From: Entomortierella parvispora E1425
Lineage: Eukaryota; Fungi; Mortierellomycota
Assembly: GCA_020891255.1 (NCBI GenBank)
Contig: BQFW01000007.1
Span: 1,736,001-1,800,000 of the forward strand
Length of the DNA: 64,000 nt
Direction: 5' to 3'
Shown here: positions 11,727-25,920 of the stretch, in pieces
Layout of the letters: each line of letters starts with the position of its first letter
Numbering within the stretch: the first letter of the stretch is position 1
Made by a program: the position numbers and the translations under genes
The notes under the pieces: model-generated
What the model saw: only the letters and a program-made list of their open reading frames with translations
What the model was told of the DNA's origin: nothing
Databases searched by the model: none

Positions 11727-14700
11727 ATGGACAAGGGCAATTCTGGCAACAAGAGGCCTAGCCCAGCTAGCAACTTGGGAAAGGACAAGAAGAGAGGTGT
11801 GTGTTTCTGTATTCTTGCTCTCACAACTTACCAAACAATGCCTGGATTCATACGCACCCAGAACAAACATGAGCGCGTCCCTTCTCACCGTCGAATTTTT
11901 TTTTTGTTCCCGGCCTATAGTGAAAATGCAGCAAGCTCGCTCGATCCAGACGCAGTCGGGAGGAAATTCTCCTTCAGTGCAATCCTCGCCTGCTGGCTCT
12001 TCATCTACAGGTAATTATCGTGCTTGGATCAGGATTTACTCTCTAGAAAGATGATACCGATCAGGAGACTTAATATATTAACTTGGGACTAGGTTCATTC
12101 AAAGCAACTCGGACCCTGGATGTCGTCAACTTTGCAGAGGTAATACACAAATATATCTTGTTTATAATGGGTGTTCGACCTGGCTGCGGTGGATACTGAG
12201 ATACTGACATTGGCTTCATTTGACCTAGGCTCGAGCATTTGAGATCAAAGCTATGCATTCAGCCATGAAAAGTTCACAGGACTCGGCATCACAGAGAGCG
12301 TTCCAGAGTTTGCCCCGCAATCTTAGACGTCGCGCTGCTAGTCACAACATTCGGCGCCTGCCTGTCCGTCTGAGAGAAAGGGCTCAGAGAGAGGTATGTA
12401 TCACGACCAGCTGCTCAGTGGGTGGCGTTCTTTTTCTATACCCAACATGGTCCTTTGTTTCTAATTTCATGTTTGTTGATAGGTGGAAAATGACCCAGTA
12501 AAGCCAGGAAAAAAGCCTGATAACAGACACAAGAAGAGAAGAACCGGGACACTCGCGGAAGAATATCTCAAGAGACAAGGAGCAAAGAGATGGTTAGAAA
12601 CGCACATCTGGCATGCCAAGCGAATGAAGATGGTCGAAATGTGGGGATACAAGCTGGTAATTTGTGTTCAAGATGGACAGGCGTTGGTCTTGGGTAACAT
12701 TTTGTATTGCTTACTGACATTTCTGGCTTTGTTCTCCTAGGCGGAGCATTCGAACGAGCATGGAATCAAATCGGCGTACAAATCGAGTCACCACCAATGT
12801 ATTCTTCAGGACTCTTCTTATAATGGATGCCTGGAGATCATCGGAAACAAAGCAGCAATTTCAGAGATATTCTCTCACATGTTGGACCCCTCAATGCCAT
12901 CCTTGGCGAGTGCAAGGTAAGGATCGCAACATGTGGTCGTAGCCATTTTGATGTCAGGTCAGAAGTGACTAATCAAGAATGTTGACAATATTACCAGATA
13001 TGCCACAGGGAAAAGACAGTATACCACGTATCTCTATGGCCGTGATAGGTTCCCTCAGAATCTTATTGCGCCTGCAACGTTTCTCTGGAGACAGCAAGCT
13101 TCTGTATCAAGCACCATGGAGATCGATGAACTGTCGACAGAGGGCCAACTTTGGATCTGGATCCATCCCTCAGCTTTCGATCTAGCAAAGGAAAAGATTC
13201 AGGAAGCTGTCGCAAATTCCAAGTTCCATGAGAAGATACATGTGATAGATCTTGAAAACTCGTTGGTCATGTTTGATTTCACCGGACCACGGTCAACGGC
13301 GCTGTTGCAGGCCGTTCTCCAACCTTGCAAGCCCGAGGTGTCTGAAGCATACGAAGATGCCCATAAGGTTAGATCTCGTTTGCAGGAACCAACCGGGATC
13401 ATATCCCTGTACAAATTGAAGCTGACTCGATTCAAATTATTTAGGCTTGGAAAACTGTCTCTGGATTGAGAACGTCCTCCTCAGTTCCCCCAGGAGTTGC
13501 CCTCGGTCTTTTGGTTGATGACCCGCGCTTAACGTAAGTCATATATAAGGTGTATGACACTCCAGTGCCAGCATGCCGGTATCCTGACCAAGCAGCTTTA
13601 TTTTGAGAATATTCTAGATTTCCTCACAAGGCAGCTCCTCGACCTGCCTCTATACCTGCGGGCGAAATCAAAAGCATTCAGGACTTGATCACGAACTGGC
13701 CATCTACTGCAGCGACCTCCAGTCTGTGGGATACCAAGGAGCGAGCACTTTTGCAGGAGAATATGACGCCAGAGTCCAAGTTGAATGAACGTCGGGCTCA
13801 AAATCTTGTCCCTGGAACAAAATTGTTGGCCCTAGAAACCGACTCGCGCGTTCCGATCCTTTTGGTTCAAAGAGAAGGAAAGCCTCACCTTGGGCGGGCT
13901 CCTGGAGGAGGCAGCAGCGAGTATGAATGTGGCTGGACTTTGATCCTGCCAAGGGGCTGGGGCATGCCCTTCTGGAAGAGCTTCATCTTTGCTGGCGCCA
14001 AGCCTGGTGGCACGAGGGAAAGACGAAGCTTTCACTTTGAGACCCGGCAATCTTGTTTCCCCTACGACTTTCCCAACACTGCCGCCTATGTCGCCTACGC
14101 AGAGGAGTACCGGAAGGAGGCAGAGGCCAAATACAGCCGGAAGCCTGTCGCCAAGAGGATCAACTATTCGAAATTGGGTGTCCAAGATCCATTTGCGGCC
14201 GCATGGGACAAATGTCTTCAAGCAGGACTGGTAAACTATGAAGTGGAGGCGGTTGCCACGTCTGATGTTGACCAGACAAAGCTGTGGGTGATGCAGTCGC
14301 CCAAGCTGGTTACTGCCCTTCAGGATGCCGCAACAACTGCAGGCAACCTCAACGACGCTGGTGCTCGAATGTCTATCCAGACGCTGAACGATGTGGTGGC
14401 TTCTTGTTTGCGTGGAATGCAGCCGACGACGCTAGAGCCTTTCCCCAAAGTGGAAGAGGCTGTAATCAGAGTTGGTGTTGATTACCTGAATCGAGGCACC
14501 ATTAGCATGAACGGGATGATTTATCTTATTCCTGAGGAGCACTACAAGGTCTGGGCCACTCGCGTGCAGCTGAGAGGCAAACGCACGTTGGAAGGACATC
14601 CAAGACGTGAGAAAAAAACCAAATCTTGGGTGGACTCTGATTCTGAGGACGAGGACAAGGAAGAGGAGGACTTGGATCTAGATGAGCTGGTAAGGAGAGC

Positions 14701-15043
14701 CAATGCATTGTCGTTTCTTTGCGCGCCAATGAATGAACTATTGTATTGACAGAACGTGCTCTGGCTTTAATCCCTCTAGGAACTGGCCCTCCCCGCTCCA
14801 GAAACTTTATTGGGATACGTGACCACAGGGCAGTACTGTTACAGTGAAGGTCAAGCCTACGGCATCGGGTGTGTCTCCGCAACTGGATTGGCGCGTCTGA
14901 TTCAGTCCGAAACGCGGCAGCGATTGACAACAGCATCGACCAAGGGCTCGTCTACGCCAATCAAGACCCCAAAGCTGATGGTCCTTGTGCGAAGTATCCG
15001 AAGCAAGGCCTCAAGACTTGCCAAGCTCCAGATCCTATCCTAG
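11727..15043 (+). CDS. POP1: RNase P/MRP protein subunit POP1, multi-exon
   Basis: ARAFEI, RAFQSLPRNLRRRAASHN, WLETHIWHAKRMKM (W-box), LWIWIHPS, FDFTGPRSTALL, GWTLILPRGWGMPFW, FPYDFP and LLGYVTTG motifs across exons. Confidence 0.93.
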
Positions 15044-15136
15044 TATCCTTTTTTTTTTTTTTTTTAGCCCTGGTATCGTCTTTTTTTATTAGATTTGTTG
15101 AAAGGCGAACAATTAAAAAGCGGGTATAGCAGACTC

Positions 15137-15165
15137 TTTCGTTTCGTTTCGTTTCGTTTCGTTTC
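15137..15165. repeat. (GTTTC)n microsatellite between the convergent POP1 and GTPase genes
   Basis: Five perfect GTTTC units plus a partial unit. Confidence 0.9.
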
Positions 15166-15186
15166 TGTTGTCCTTGACATTGGCTT

Positions 15187-17904
15187 TTACGAGTGGCCAT
15201 TCGAGAGTTCATCATCCTCTTGATCAAGGACCCATCGCTTCTTTGACCGGACGGCGTACCATAATCGTTTCAGGCCCGCGTTCAAAAACGTAGTTCTTGC
15301 TTTGCAATCGCACTTTTCGCCTAGAGAGAATCCGCAAGGGGCTTCGGCAGTGGTCAGAAAGATCATTGGGACCAATGGCATCTTTCCGCCAGCCTCTGTG
15401 CCCGATCCTTGTTCATCTTCATCCTCTGGTGATTGTGGCCCATCCTGGAAGCTGTCCTGGGAGTTGTCTCCGTTGCTGCTCCCATTGTTGTCATCACCAC
15501 CTGAACCATTCATGCTCAGCCCCTGAAAGAAGTGCTTTTCCAGCTGGGCTTGGATCTCTTCGTGGTAAAGCTGCTTGGTGTTCATGACATTACGACGGAA
15601 GTCGCATCCTGTGAAGACCAGGATCACATTTCCCCAGAAATTCGGCAAGTCTTTCATGATATCATTGAATGCTTGGAGAATCGTGAGAATCATGTCCACG
15701 CTAGAACGAAAATGAGGGAAGAATAAATACCACAAAAGGTTAGGATCCAGATAAAGTACTTGGCCTTCGTGGTAACCATGGCCATGGCAGTAAAGGATGA
15801 GAGATGTTACCCAGAATCAATTTTGAAGACAAGAAGGAAAGCTGTGACTCCAAGACGGGTTCCAATGGATCGGATGCTTTCTTTCAGGATAGGTATATTT
15901 TTTTCGTCATCTCCCTCGGTATCAGCAAGTCCTAATTACATAAATAAAAAAAATGAAAAAAAAAAAATCAGTGGCCGTACCAATACTTTCTGTCAGGAAA
16001 CCCGGACTATAGTACTTACCAGGAGTGTCCACCAAAGTAACTAGGACTCGACGACTATCTTCAAATTTACCCCACCCTGTCCTCTCTGCGATGCCTTTGG
16101 TGACAGCCTAGAGGGTTTATCAGATCAGGTTAACTCTGGAAGGTCGAGTGAAAAAGATTCTCGAACAATAGTTCACTCGCTTACTCTGACAGAAGCGCTG
16201 GCCTTCAGCTCACTTGTTCCCATGATCCTGTTCAGTAGAGATGACTTCCCTGTGGAGATCCCGATAATGAAAATGAAACTTGTCAGAAAAGATGTACGTT
16301 GTTCGCTTTTGATATCCATCTCACTCGAAATGGACATGAGGGGAAAAATTACCTTGTCCCGTTTTTCCAACGGCCATCAAGACTACAGGTCCAGGTCCTT
16401 CGATTTTCTGTGTCAATCCGGAACTGTGTGATTTTACATCGTGGATAATCAGCTTCGTTGCACTGGTGCCCAGAACGCCTCCCATCACAGTGCCAGCCCT
16501 TGCCAAAGACCCGTCATCGACTTTGAAAGTGGCTGCTGTCGGAGTTGTCGGCAATGGTACCATTGCTGGAGTTGTTGTTGTTGGTGCAGGAGTTACTGAT
16601 GAGGGAGGACTTGATAAGGGTCCCGCTTCCTGTTGAGGCACCCTATGGAGTTCTTGAACTCGTTGCAGTAAGGTATCCTTCAATTTACTCCCAAGAGAAG
16701 GCGATGAGTTCTGCTCAGGTGGTGACGGTGAAGGCGTAGCTGTTGTTACTATTGTCGCTGGTCCTGTCGTTGACGTAGCTGCTGTTGATGAAAATGATAA
16801 TTCCTGGAGGGACGGTAACACTGCTCTTTCGTTCAAAATTGGAAGACTGGTCGTAGCACGCTTCCTAGACGATCCGTAGTTACTTGTCATCTCGTCATCC
16901 AGTTCCACCTTGGCGCTGGGTTCAGGGTTGGAAGCTATCGTCTGAGGTGTACTGCCGCCATCCATGTCTTCCCTGTACTGAGCTAGTCGGTTTTGCTGGT
17001 ATCTTTTTTGCTCCAGCAGGGCCTGTCGTTGAGATGGGTTTGTTTGAGCCGCCAAGGATTTTGCCCTCAACAATCCCGCTGCTCCTCCATTGCTGCCATT
17101 ACTGCTGCCGCTGCCGATGCTACCACTGGAGCGACTGGAGTCACTGTTGATCCCTGTCGCGAACGCTGGAGTGATGTCAGGGCGTGCAATGTTTCCTGCA
17201 GATGGAGAATTTTGGTCGTACGACAACAGCGGGGCGGCGGTGGAGGTCGATGTTGCATGAAAGGACCCTGCAAAGATGGGCTTGTTCTTTGGAATTGGCG
17301 GCGGAGGAATCGATTTAGGCTTTGTCGTCGGTATGTAATGACCTTGATCGAATCCGAAGTCTCCCCTGGGCGAGGTAGATAGCACTGTTGTCGAGGCGGA
17401 CGAAGCTGATATGGGCTGAGCAAGACCCCCACCACTACCATTACCGCCTTCCCCGGTCCTGATTCTCCCTTGCTGGATGGCATCGCGTTCGTTATGAAAG
17501 ATGGCGGAAAACGCAGCAGACCTTGATCTAGAAAGAGTATCCGGATCTGGTTTGTTGGGAGGGATGGGTGGACCTGCAAGAGGACGGAGTGAGAGGCGAT
17601 GTTGCTGCTGCGGGCGGAGGTGGTTGGGAGGCAGTGGACGTTGAGGTGGAAGATGAGCTGCCAGACCTCCATAGATACCACCGTTGGACGCGTCATTGTG
17701 AGAATAGGGAGCGTGCAAGGGAGTTTGCTGCTGTTGTTGGTCCTGCTGCCATTGCTGCTGGTGTTGCTGCTGGCGCTGTCGTTGGAGGTAGAGTTGGTAT
17801 TGCTGTTGTTGCTGTGGGCCAGGAGGAGGAAGATCAGGCATGGAATGCTGCCTTTCCCGGTCATAGTAGCGCCCACTGCTACCCTCACCAAACCGCCCGT
17901 CCAT
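15187..17904 (-). CDS. AIG1/GIMAP-type P-loop GTPase with a long Gln/Pro/Ser-rich disordered N-terminus, multi-exon
   Basis: After splicing: G1 VGKTGQG|KSSLLN, SVR|AVT (G2 Thr), G3 VDTPG|LAD, and G4-like VILVFTGCD. Four GT-AG introns preserve the frame. ATG at 17904. Confidence 0.78.
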
Positions 17905-19942
17905 GAGAGATATAGAGAGAGAGAGTGAGTGAGATAGAGAGAGAGTGAAGGAGAGACGAAAGGAGAAGCGGTGTCTCTTGACTGCTTTTGGCGGAGATGT
18001 TGTTTTTGGAGAGGGGAAAGAGATTCTACACACGGACACAGAGGGAGGGCGGGAGCTGATGGACAGATGGGATGGGATGGGATGGAGCGGTTACGAAGGG
18101 ATGAGAGGGACAAGATGAAATGGAATCATGGGAAGGGAGGAAGGGATGCGGTGTTTCGAGACTCGAATGTAACGGGGTCCATTGTTGCACTGCCCCTTCC
18201 CTTCCCCTCCCTCTTGAACACACAGGGACAAACAAGGCCAGCCAGCCAGGCTAAGGCTCATAGCTCAGGCACATGGACAGCAAGGTCACCGCCTTCTCTT
18301 TAATGTCCTCATTTCTCTGCTTCTGCCTTCTCATTGTCGTTGGGAACATGTCCCTAGGGGTCATCTTTCCATCTCACGCCTTGGAGGAAGCTGTGCGGGG
18401 CATCTGTCATGCGCTGCCAATTCCCAGGCGCAACGACACAGAAACAGTTGGCTACGCGTCCAGAGACTGAAAAAAAAACCACAGCTTCGGCAACTCTAAT
18501 TACACTGGGCTCAGACCAATTGACTTTGTTTTATGGTCCCTGTGTATGGAGAGGTGAGTCTGTCAACACTCTCTTTGCTTACCATTGCAGCGCTGACTTG
18601 CTGAAGATCCTAGATCTCTTGAACGACCTTCTTAGGAATCTTCAAAACCATCTCCGTCAGTCGTCCCTTTCTAGATCAAACTCAAACAAGAAAAAAAATT
18701 GGACAAAAATTACGACAAAAGGAGAAAGAAGAAAGAACTGGAAAACAGGGAAATGTCAAAAGTCAATCGCACCATGACGACATAGTCTAATTGGACGCTT
18801 TGCGGCAGGGACCCTCGTTCCCCATACTGTGGTCTCTCTCAGCCCTCGCGATGTCCCATGTGTCCAGCTGAATGATGAAGCCGTCAATTGGACGGTATGT
18901 GGGTGGATAGAGATTAGTTTGGGCAGCGATAGGTTGCTTTTGATCGTGGACTTTTGCCGCCTCTCAGTGAAAACAAACCACGTCATGGCTGAGTTGACAC
19001 AACTCTTGGACAGACAATAAATGGCTACTGTACGCCATTTGATTGTAGTGGACGACAGAAGGCAATAAAAGTCTTCTTCCTTCGATAGACGGCTGTTTTC
19101 ATCATAACAGAGCACCATTGAATGTAGGCGCTGCAGTGAATGGGCACAATGCCATGAAAGGGGCCATTGAGCCTCTGGTGCTTAATCACGCGATAACGTA
19201 AAAAGAAAAAGAAAATCCAAGGAGAGGGATGGCACAATCCTGCAACCCAAAGAGACAAAGGAAAGGAAGGAAAAAGAGAAGAAAACAATGACAACCCGTT
19301 GTGCAACCCCCCCCCCCCCCAAGAGCATGCCACTGCTGGGGAAGGGGGATGGCATTCAAAAGGTTGAGTAGTTTTTTTTCCCTCCGTTTTCTTGTTCCTG
19401 CAGAAAGTAGGTAAAAGGTCACTAGTTTACCCTACCTAGAGTTGCTACTTGTTTTCATCATGACAACACTGGTATGAGTGAGCCACGACGAACACGCGGA
19501 CTAAATCTCACGGTTCGCAAATCGCATGGCAGAGACTAAGAAAACATGACAAGTAATGACAGACACATCCTGCTTCCCTGAACAAGAGGCGTATGGTACT
19601 TTTTTCCAATTTTGGTCTAAAGGAAAGGACATACATAGTGCGGCCAGATTCAATCACGAGAAAGGGGCTTTTTTTATTTTACACTGCAGGGAGTTTTTTT
19701 TTTTTTTTTTTTTTCTTTTTTGGTACTTGAAGAAAACAAAAATGAATGTAAAGGGACGATGATATGTCCATGAAGAGAACTAAGAGCACTACAAAAGCAA
19801 AGAAGGGGCAATACAAATACAAAGATGATGGTATTTACAGTCGGATGAATGACATTCATAGTCAGCTAGCCTTTGATTTTAGGCTAACAGACCGTTTGTG
19901 TCAATGGTGAGAGAGGGGAGGGCGAGGGCGAGGTTTGTTGAC

Positions 19943-22900
19943 TTAATCAACTTCCATGCCTCTGTGCTGTTGTACCTGGTGGACTGGGCCGCCATAGTAG
20001 TGGATACCATTGCCGTTGGAAGGCGACAAGGTTCGACGTCCAAAATCGGGGCCAGGCACCTGTTCATCATATGGCAACGAAGACTCGGGGGGCGATTCCA
20101 ATTTGATCTTGGGTTGGGGAGAGAGCGATGAAGCTTGGCTATCCTTCATCTCTACATCGCGACCCTGCGACCACAGCTCGCCAAAGGCTTCGAGAGCCTT
20201 GATCTCGTCTTCAGACACATCGACACCATCTGTCTTTTGTTGACCCGAACGTGGGACGGGTACTGAATGATGAACGGCCTTGGTGGCCTCCTGAATAGGT
20301 GCGTTCAGATCCACAAGAGAGAGTCGACGAAGCTTGTTAGGGGGATAAGGCTCGGGAAGACGGTTCGAGCCCGAATGGATGGTCTGCGATCGATATCGGG
20401 CTGCATGTTGGATGGATGGCAAGGGCACTCGGGCAGATGGATCCGTCACACCACCAGGAACAGTTCGCAGAGGTGGGAGAGTGCAGTGGGCCATCGAATC
20501 GTCAACATCAACGTTTCTCCAACCTTGATCGGGAGTGGACAACTCTGAACGGGCCTGCTGTCGATGCACGTGAAGGCTGGCGTCATCCGAGTCCATGTCC
20601 TCTGACGAGTGTTCGGGCGACAAAGGATGACGGGATTGCACATAGGTCGATTGGCCCATGGGGTGATCCTGTTCAGAAATATATTGGTGCATCGGCGGCA
20701 GGTGGCGATCGTGGCGCTGGTTGTTATTCGCTGCTTGCATGGATGCAAGATATGCTCTGTGGTCAAGACTAAAGTCCAAGCTGGTACGATGGTGGAGCTT
20801 TGAGCCATACCATGATTCTGTAGAGTTACTGTCCGCAACCGACCCCAATGAACCTCGGCGTCCCAGATTGGATCCAGTAGACTTTTTGCGGATTTTTGAA
20901 TTATCTTTTTTAGCGCCTGCTCGAAGTAATTTGCTAGGCGAGTTTGGAGATCCGGCCATGGAGGATGGCGTCACAGGGGAAGGCAGGGCGGGAGTAATGG
21001 AGCGAATTGGACCAGCAGGCGCAACAGAGAGCACAGGAAGAGAAGGCGTGCGCTGATGCTTGCTACTGGCAGAGTTATCAACACTGGGGGCCACAGTCAT
21101 CGAGTTGCGATTAGCTTTGGATGCTTTTGTGCTTGGGCGCCGAGTGGTTGTTCCAGCCAAAAGACCTGCTTCACTCTTGCGTCGTGTCTCGATGGCAATC
21201 TTTGAGGCAATGAGATCTGCCGACTCTCGATTGGAGCCCTTGGTGTGGGTCTGAGTGTGTTGAACCATATTGTCGAAGCGACTGAACATCCGGGTGCAGC
21301 CATCGACGACGCATTTAAACGGCTTCTCGCCAGTGTGTTTTCTAATGGATGGAATGAAGAAAGTATGTTAGACTAGTGTAATTGACAGAGACAAGACTAG
21401 CTCTTTGGACCCTTTTCGATCCACCCCTGCGCGTGTGTGCGCGAATATAGTCTGGTCACACAAGGAATATGGCAGAAAGAGAGCGTTGGACAGTATGACG
21501 GAGACGACTCTATCGTTTCAAAGTGCGAGAGAGCGAGTTGGAGGGAAGAGGGGCGTATTTTGCTTTCACGAGTTCACTCTGCACTGCAATGAACCCGGTA
21601 ATCTTTTCTCAGGCACCAGATCGTTGCGTCAATATGAACGTTGCAATGAATGGCCATTGCTGCGTACCTGCTCTCCTTCTATGCAGTTGTGCACAGGGAG
21701 GCGAGGTACCATCGTTGACGGGCGCAGGTAGAGGGGAAGAAAAGGGGAAAAGGCGCACTTTGGTATCATGCAAACGTGCCTTGAACCCTATTGAATTGAT
21801 AACGGGCTGATGACGCCAAAAGACATGCGGGGGGTGGGGGGAAGATGATGACGATGGCTGTAGGCTCTGTCGAGGAGGAGGAAGGGCGGATTCAAGGACA
21901 CCAAACCCACATCGTCGTTGCCAGGGACCGGCCGAGTGTTTGAAATTAAAATGACACAAAAGTGGCGCCCAAAAGGGCTCGGTGGCACAGAGCAGGCGAG
22001 AAAGAGCACTGAAAATGAATGGGAAGCGCCAATATGACATAATCGCAGGAGGGCCCAAGCCAGGCAAAGACTTGAGGAAAGAAGAACGACCTTCTTTGGG
22101 TCTACCTGTGCACCGGTCGGGACCGAGTTCCCCGTTCTCACAGGCACACAGACACACACAACACACAACACACAACACAACACACGACACATAACGCACA
22201 TGCACATACACATACACATACATCCACACCCTCACTCGAATCCAGGCACACAAGAGACCCTCCATTCTTTGTGCTGTCGACAAGGAGAATGCGAGGCGAC
22301 CCGCATCGAAATGGCTGTGTACTTCTATGCCGGTGTTGAAAGTGCGATGAGGCTGCAACCAGAAAGCTGTCTCCACCCCCGTCTCTCTGCCTCATCTTTC
22401 CCGCACCATATCATCCATCACTGCGATCACCCTTTCTTTTGTTTTCGTCGCTCTATCACCCTGTCTTTTCAGGCACAGAAAATAAAAAGGAATGAAAAAA
22501 GAAGGGAATCCGGTGGGACAAGAAGAAGGCTTACCGAGCATGGCGAGCAAGGTGCTCGCTGCGTGTAAACACCATACGGCAGTCGCCGAATCCAGTGCAC
22601 TGGAAGAGTTTTCCCTTGGGTGTCTTGTCGTGATGGCTGCCGTCCGCAGTGACGCTATCGGGGGTGCCACTGCGGTCGAGATGCGACGAGGATTCCGGGC
22701 CGCTCTCGGGGCTACTGTGTCGACTGGATGGGTGATATTCCTGTGGGTGTTGCTGCTCATGTGGGTGATGTTGTTGGGTGTAATAATAGTGTTGATAAAG
22801 ATGCGAGTTGCTGCTGTTGCTGTCAAAGGAGCTTTCGTAGCTGTTGTTACTGCCCCCAAAGTTATCACGAACGGGGGGGAGATCATAGGTTGCATGGGAT

Positions 22901-23094
22901 GGGTGGTAGTAACCAGGGCCAGGGCCAGGAACGGGCACTGCAACGGGCACGGTCGAGTATGGATGGAGCGGGTGTTGTTGGGGGTAGTATGGGTGATGAT
23001 AGTCCGGGTGGATCTGCTGGGGATGCCGTTGGGTCAGGGTGGGGTCTGGGCCAGAGGGCGTGCCCAGAGCTGGCTGGATTGGAACGATAGGCAT
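19943..23094 (-). CDS. C2H2 zinc-finger transcription factor, Usv1/Rgm1/NsdC-like (exons 23094-22535 and 21341-19943)
   Basis: FQCTGFGDCRMVFTRSEHLARHAR|KHTGEKPFKCVVDGCTRMFSRFDNMVQHTQTH gives two fingers with a TGEKP linker. GTAAG donor at 22534 and TAG acceptor at 21342-21344 are in phase. The start codon is inferred. Confidence 0.85.
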
Positions 23095-23346
23095 TTGGGG
23101 CGAAGTAAGAGAGAAGAGAGAAGAGAGCAAACAGTGGAGGAAAGGGAAGGGAGAGAGAGAGGGGTGCAGATAAGAGTTGAAAAAGAAGAGAGATGAAGAT
23201 GTGAGGAAGAGAAGAAAGGGAAAGAAAAGCAAGGAAAAGGAAGGGGAGAGAAGGGAAGAAGGGAAGAAGAGAAGGAGGAGAAAAGAGAAAGAGAAGAAAG
23301 AGATGCAAAAAAAGAGAGACAAGAAGAGGGCGTGTGCGAAGGAGAG

Positions 23347-23374
23347 AAGGAAGGAAGGAAGGAAGGAAGGAAGG
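23347..23374. repeat. (AAGG)7 microsatellite within a long purine tract upstream of the C2H2 gene
   Basis: Read directly from the sequence; embedded in an A/G-rich stretch at about 23100-23390. Confidence 0.9.
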
Positions 23375-25920
23375 AAAAGAGAGATGGTCCGGTCTATCTG
23401 TCCCTGTCTGTCTGTCTGCTTGTCCCTGCTTTTCCTTTCCCTTTCCCTTTCCCTTCCTTTGTCCATGCCTGCCCGTCCGTCTGTTTGCCCAGGCCAGGTC
23501 AAGCATCTGTACGTCTCGACGTCTCCAGAAAACAACCCCCCACAGGGACCACCATCCATTCTGCAGGCTGTGCCCTGCTGATATCCTGTGCCGCCTATTT
23601 GCCCCTGCATCTCCTGCATCGGTTCCTTGCCCCCTGTTGGTCTTGCTCTTCTTCTCTCTTCTCGCCCACCACCACCCTCCACTGCATTGCGCTACACGCT
23701 CTGTCCAACGGCGAGACCGAGCGAATCGCACTCCCAGAGAGTGGCCGCCTGGCTTGCCCTCACTGGGCAAAAAAAGACCGACGTCTGTGCCTGCTGGCAG
23801 CCTTTGGGGTCACGACCATGACGTGCTGCACCCAATGGGCTGCCCCCTACGCACCAAGCTGGAACCCGACCTGTGCCAAAAAGACCTCGAGCCAGCCTAT
23901 CAGCTCGCCCGCCTCTCTGTGCATCGGTCCAAAGGCTCTTCTCGGCTACGCCACCCAGGGCCACGGGATCCCCGATCTGCGACTCTCTCGAGTGTCGGAA
24001 AAAAAGAGATCAAAGGACACGTGACTTCTTTTTGGCGCCATGATGATCAACGACACCACGCCATGCGGATGGATGAACTCCTTCCTCCCGTATCCACTTT
24101 CTACCCCTCTCCTTTCTGGCAAGTCAGGGAGACAACCCAATCACTGCACGCAAGGACAGGATGGAATAATCAGCGCCCACGCAGGAACGGAATCCAATCC
24201 TGCCCTCTCCTCTTCCGGCTCAATCACCCCCTACATTGAACAAAAGGTAACATTACCTGCCTGCATTGCCTGCATTCGAATCTCTTTCCTTCCTCTCTCC
24301 CAGGGGTCTCTTCTCTTTTTCTGCCTTGATGATCAAAAGCTAGTCTTCATCGAACCGGCTGCTCAACTGCAGACCTGCGTCCGAAGTGAAGATCGCGTTA
24401 CACTTGACCTGAGCTTCCCCCCCCTTTGTTCCAATTCCTGTTCCTGTGTCCGTTCCTGTGCCTGTGCCTGCCCTTCTCTAAAGCTTGTTGGTAGCTCACG
24501 TCTAACAAAAAACGTCCGACTGCATAGGATAGTCAACCCAGAGCTGGACGTCGCCTTGTTGTTGTTGTATTGTCTGTACTTTCGACTGGATCTTTTGGAC
24601 GTGCAGATGGATCATGCCAATTGACGACATCAGGGACAACATCCTGCATATTATGCAAGATCGGGACGTAGAAACGCGAATCCCCCTTTCCCTCTCTGCA
24701 TGATGTGAGCACGCAGGTGTAGGGTAGGTAGGGGCTGTCAGTCGCGACAATACACAGGGGTTCTTTGGTCCACGAAACCAAATCGGGTCTCATCCACGGC
24801 ATGGTTCCGGTTGGCATTTCTCAATACCGGGGGAGGGACAGGCCAAGCTGTGCCAAGATCTGTTTCAAAGGCTCAAGCTGTGAGGAAGAGCAGTGTCCAG
24901 GCCCCCTCCATTCGACTTTTTTTTTTCTCTCGCGTGGCTCAGAACTCTGGAGATGTTTATTGACCCCGCGCAAAAAAATGAGCCTCGTCTATGATCCGGG
25001 GTTCCCTCCCTTTCTGCTTGATCGACCTTATCTGTGTAACCACGATTATCAAGAGTGTTTGCGCGTCTACCTTTGAAACATTGTCATCGCCAGCTTCTTG
25101 TTTATGTATATTGCTGTCTGTTTGCATAAAAGTGCGTTTCAATAAAGGGCTTTCCCCGCTTCAGCGACAGGGCTGCAGCCTTTTTGGCTAGTAAATATCC
25201 CTCCTCTGGTCTCGATCAATGCTCCGCTCCGCTGTGGGGAGAGCAGCATGGGACTAAGAAATTTTTTTTTATTGCAACATGGAGGGTTGAATCCGAGAGG
25301 CTGCTTTTCGAGCAATTTTACACTTGCAAGCTGCGCGGCTGGACACATTTACGCACTCCGACTACTTTCCCAGGAAGCAACTGTTCTTGGTTGGTGTAAG
25401 GAAGGGTGGCCTTTGAGTCCGAGATGAATGCTGGATGGCTGGGTCTCACAGGCTTGCGGGAGATTCAATTCCCTTTCCCGATTTAGACCTTCACCTGGTG
25501 AAAAAGTTGGGCTTGTGGAACGCCCGAACGTGCCTCGGCAACCAGTCGGCATCTCGCCCGGGCTTGCCCCGTCGTCATTGCTGCTGCAATTCAAGGGACA
25601 AAGGCCCGTATGTCCACTACAACTTGTATCATTCTGACTAACTTGGCAGTTGGGCACCCCGGCAATTGAAGCCCGACGGCCCATCGCATGGCAAAGTTAA
25701 TGTTGAGATTTCTATAAAGGTTCTCAAGGGAAAACGCTCGCCCACTTCCCCACTAACTTCCCCATACCCTCATACTCATTGCTCATCTTTTCTGCCTTCT
25801 GTGGTTCTTGTCCCTTACGGATATCCACCCTCTCCTTTCTATTTTTTTAATCGGCAGTTTCCAATACCCGTCTCTTGTACCATTACATATTACCTCCACA
25901 ATTCACAGCTCACCCCCATC

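Noticed and set aside
18870-18992. ATGATGA (C-box-like) followed by CCGTCAATT, complementary to a conserved SSU rRNA segment
   Set aside because: The match is only 9 nt, there is no adjacent D' box, and no terminal stem, so it is compatible with chance.
22531-24239. Several overlapping 230-380 aa ORFs upstream of the C2H2 gene
   Set aside because: They arise from stop-poor purine/pyrimidine microsatellite tracts (F/L/S or K/E/R strings). Only the part from ATG 23094 looks coding.
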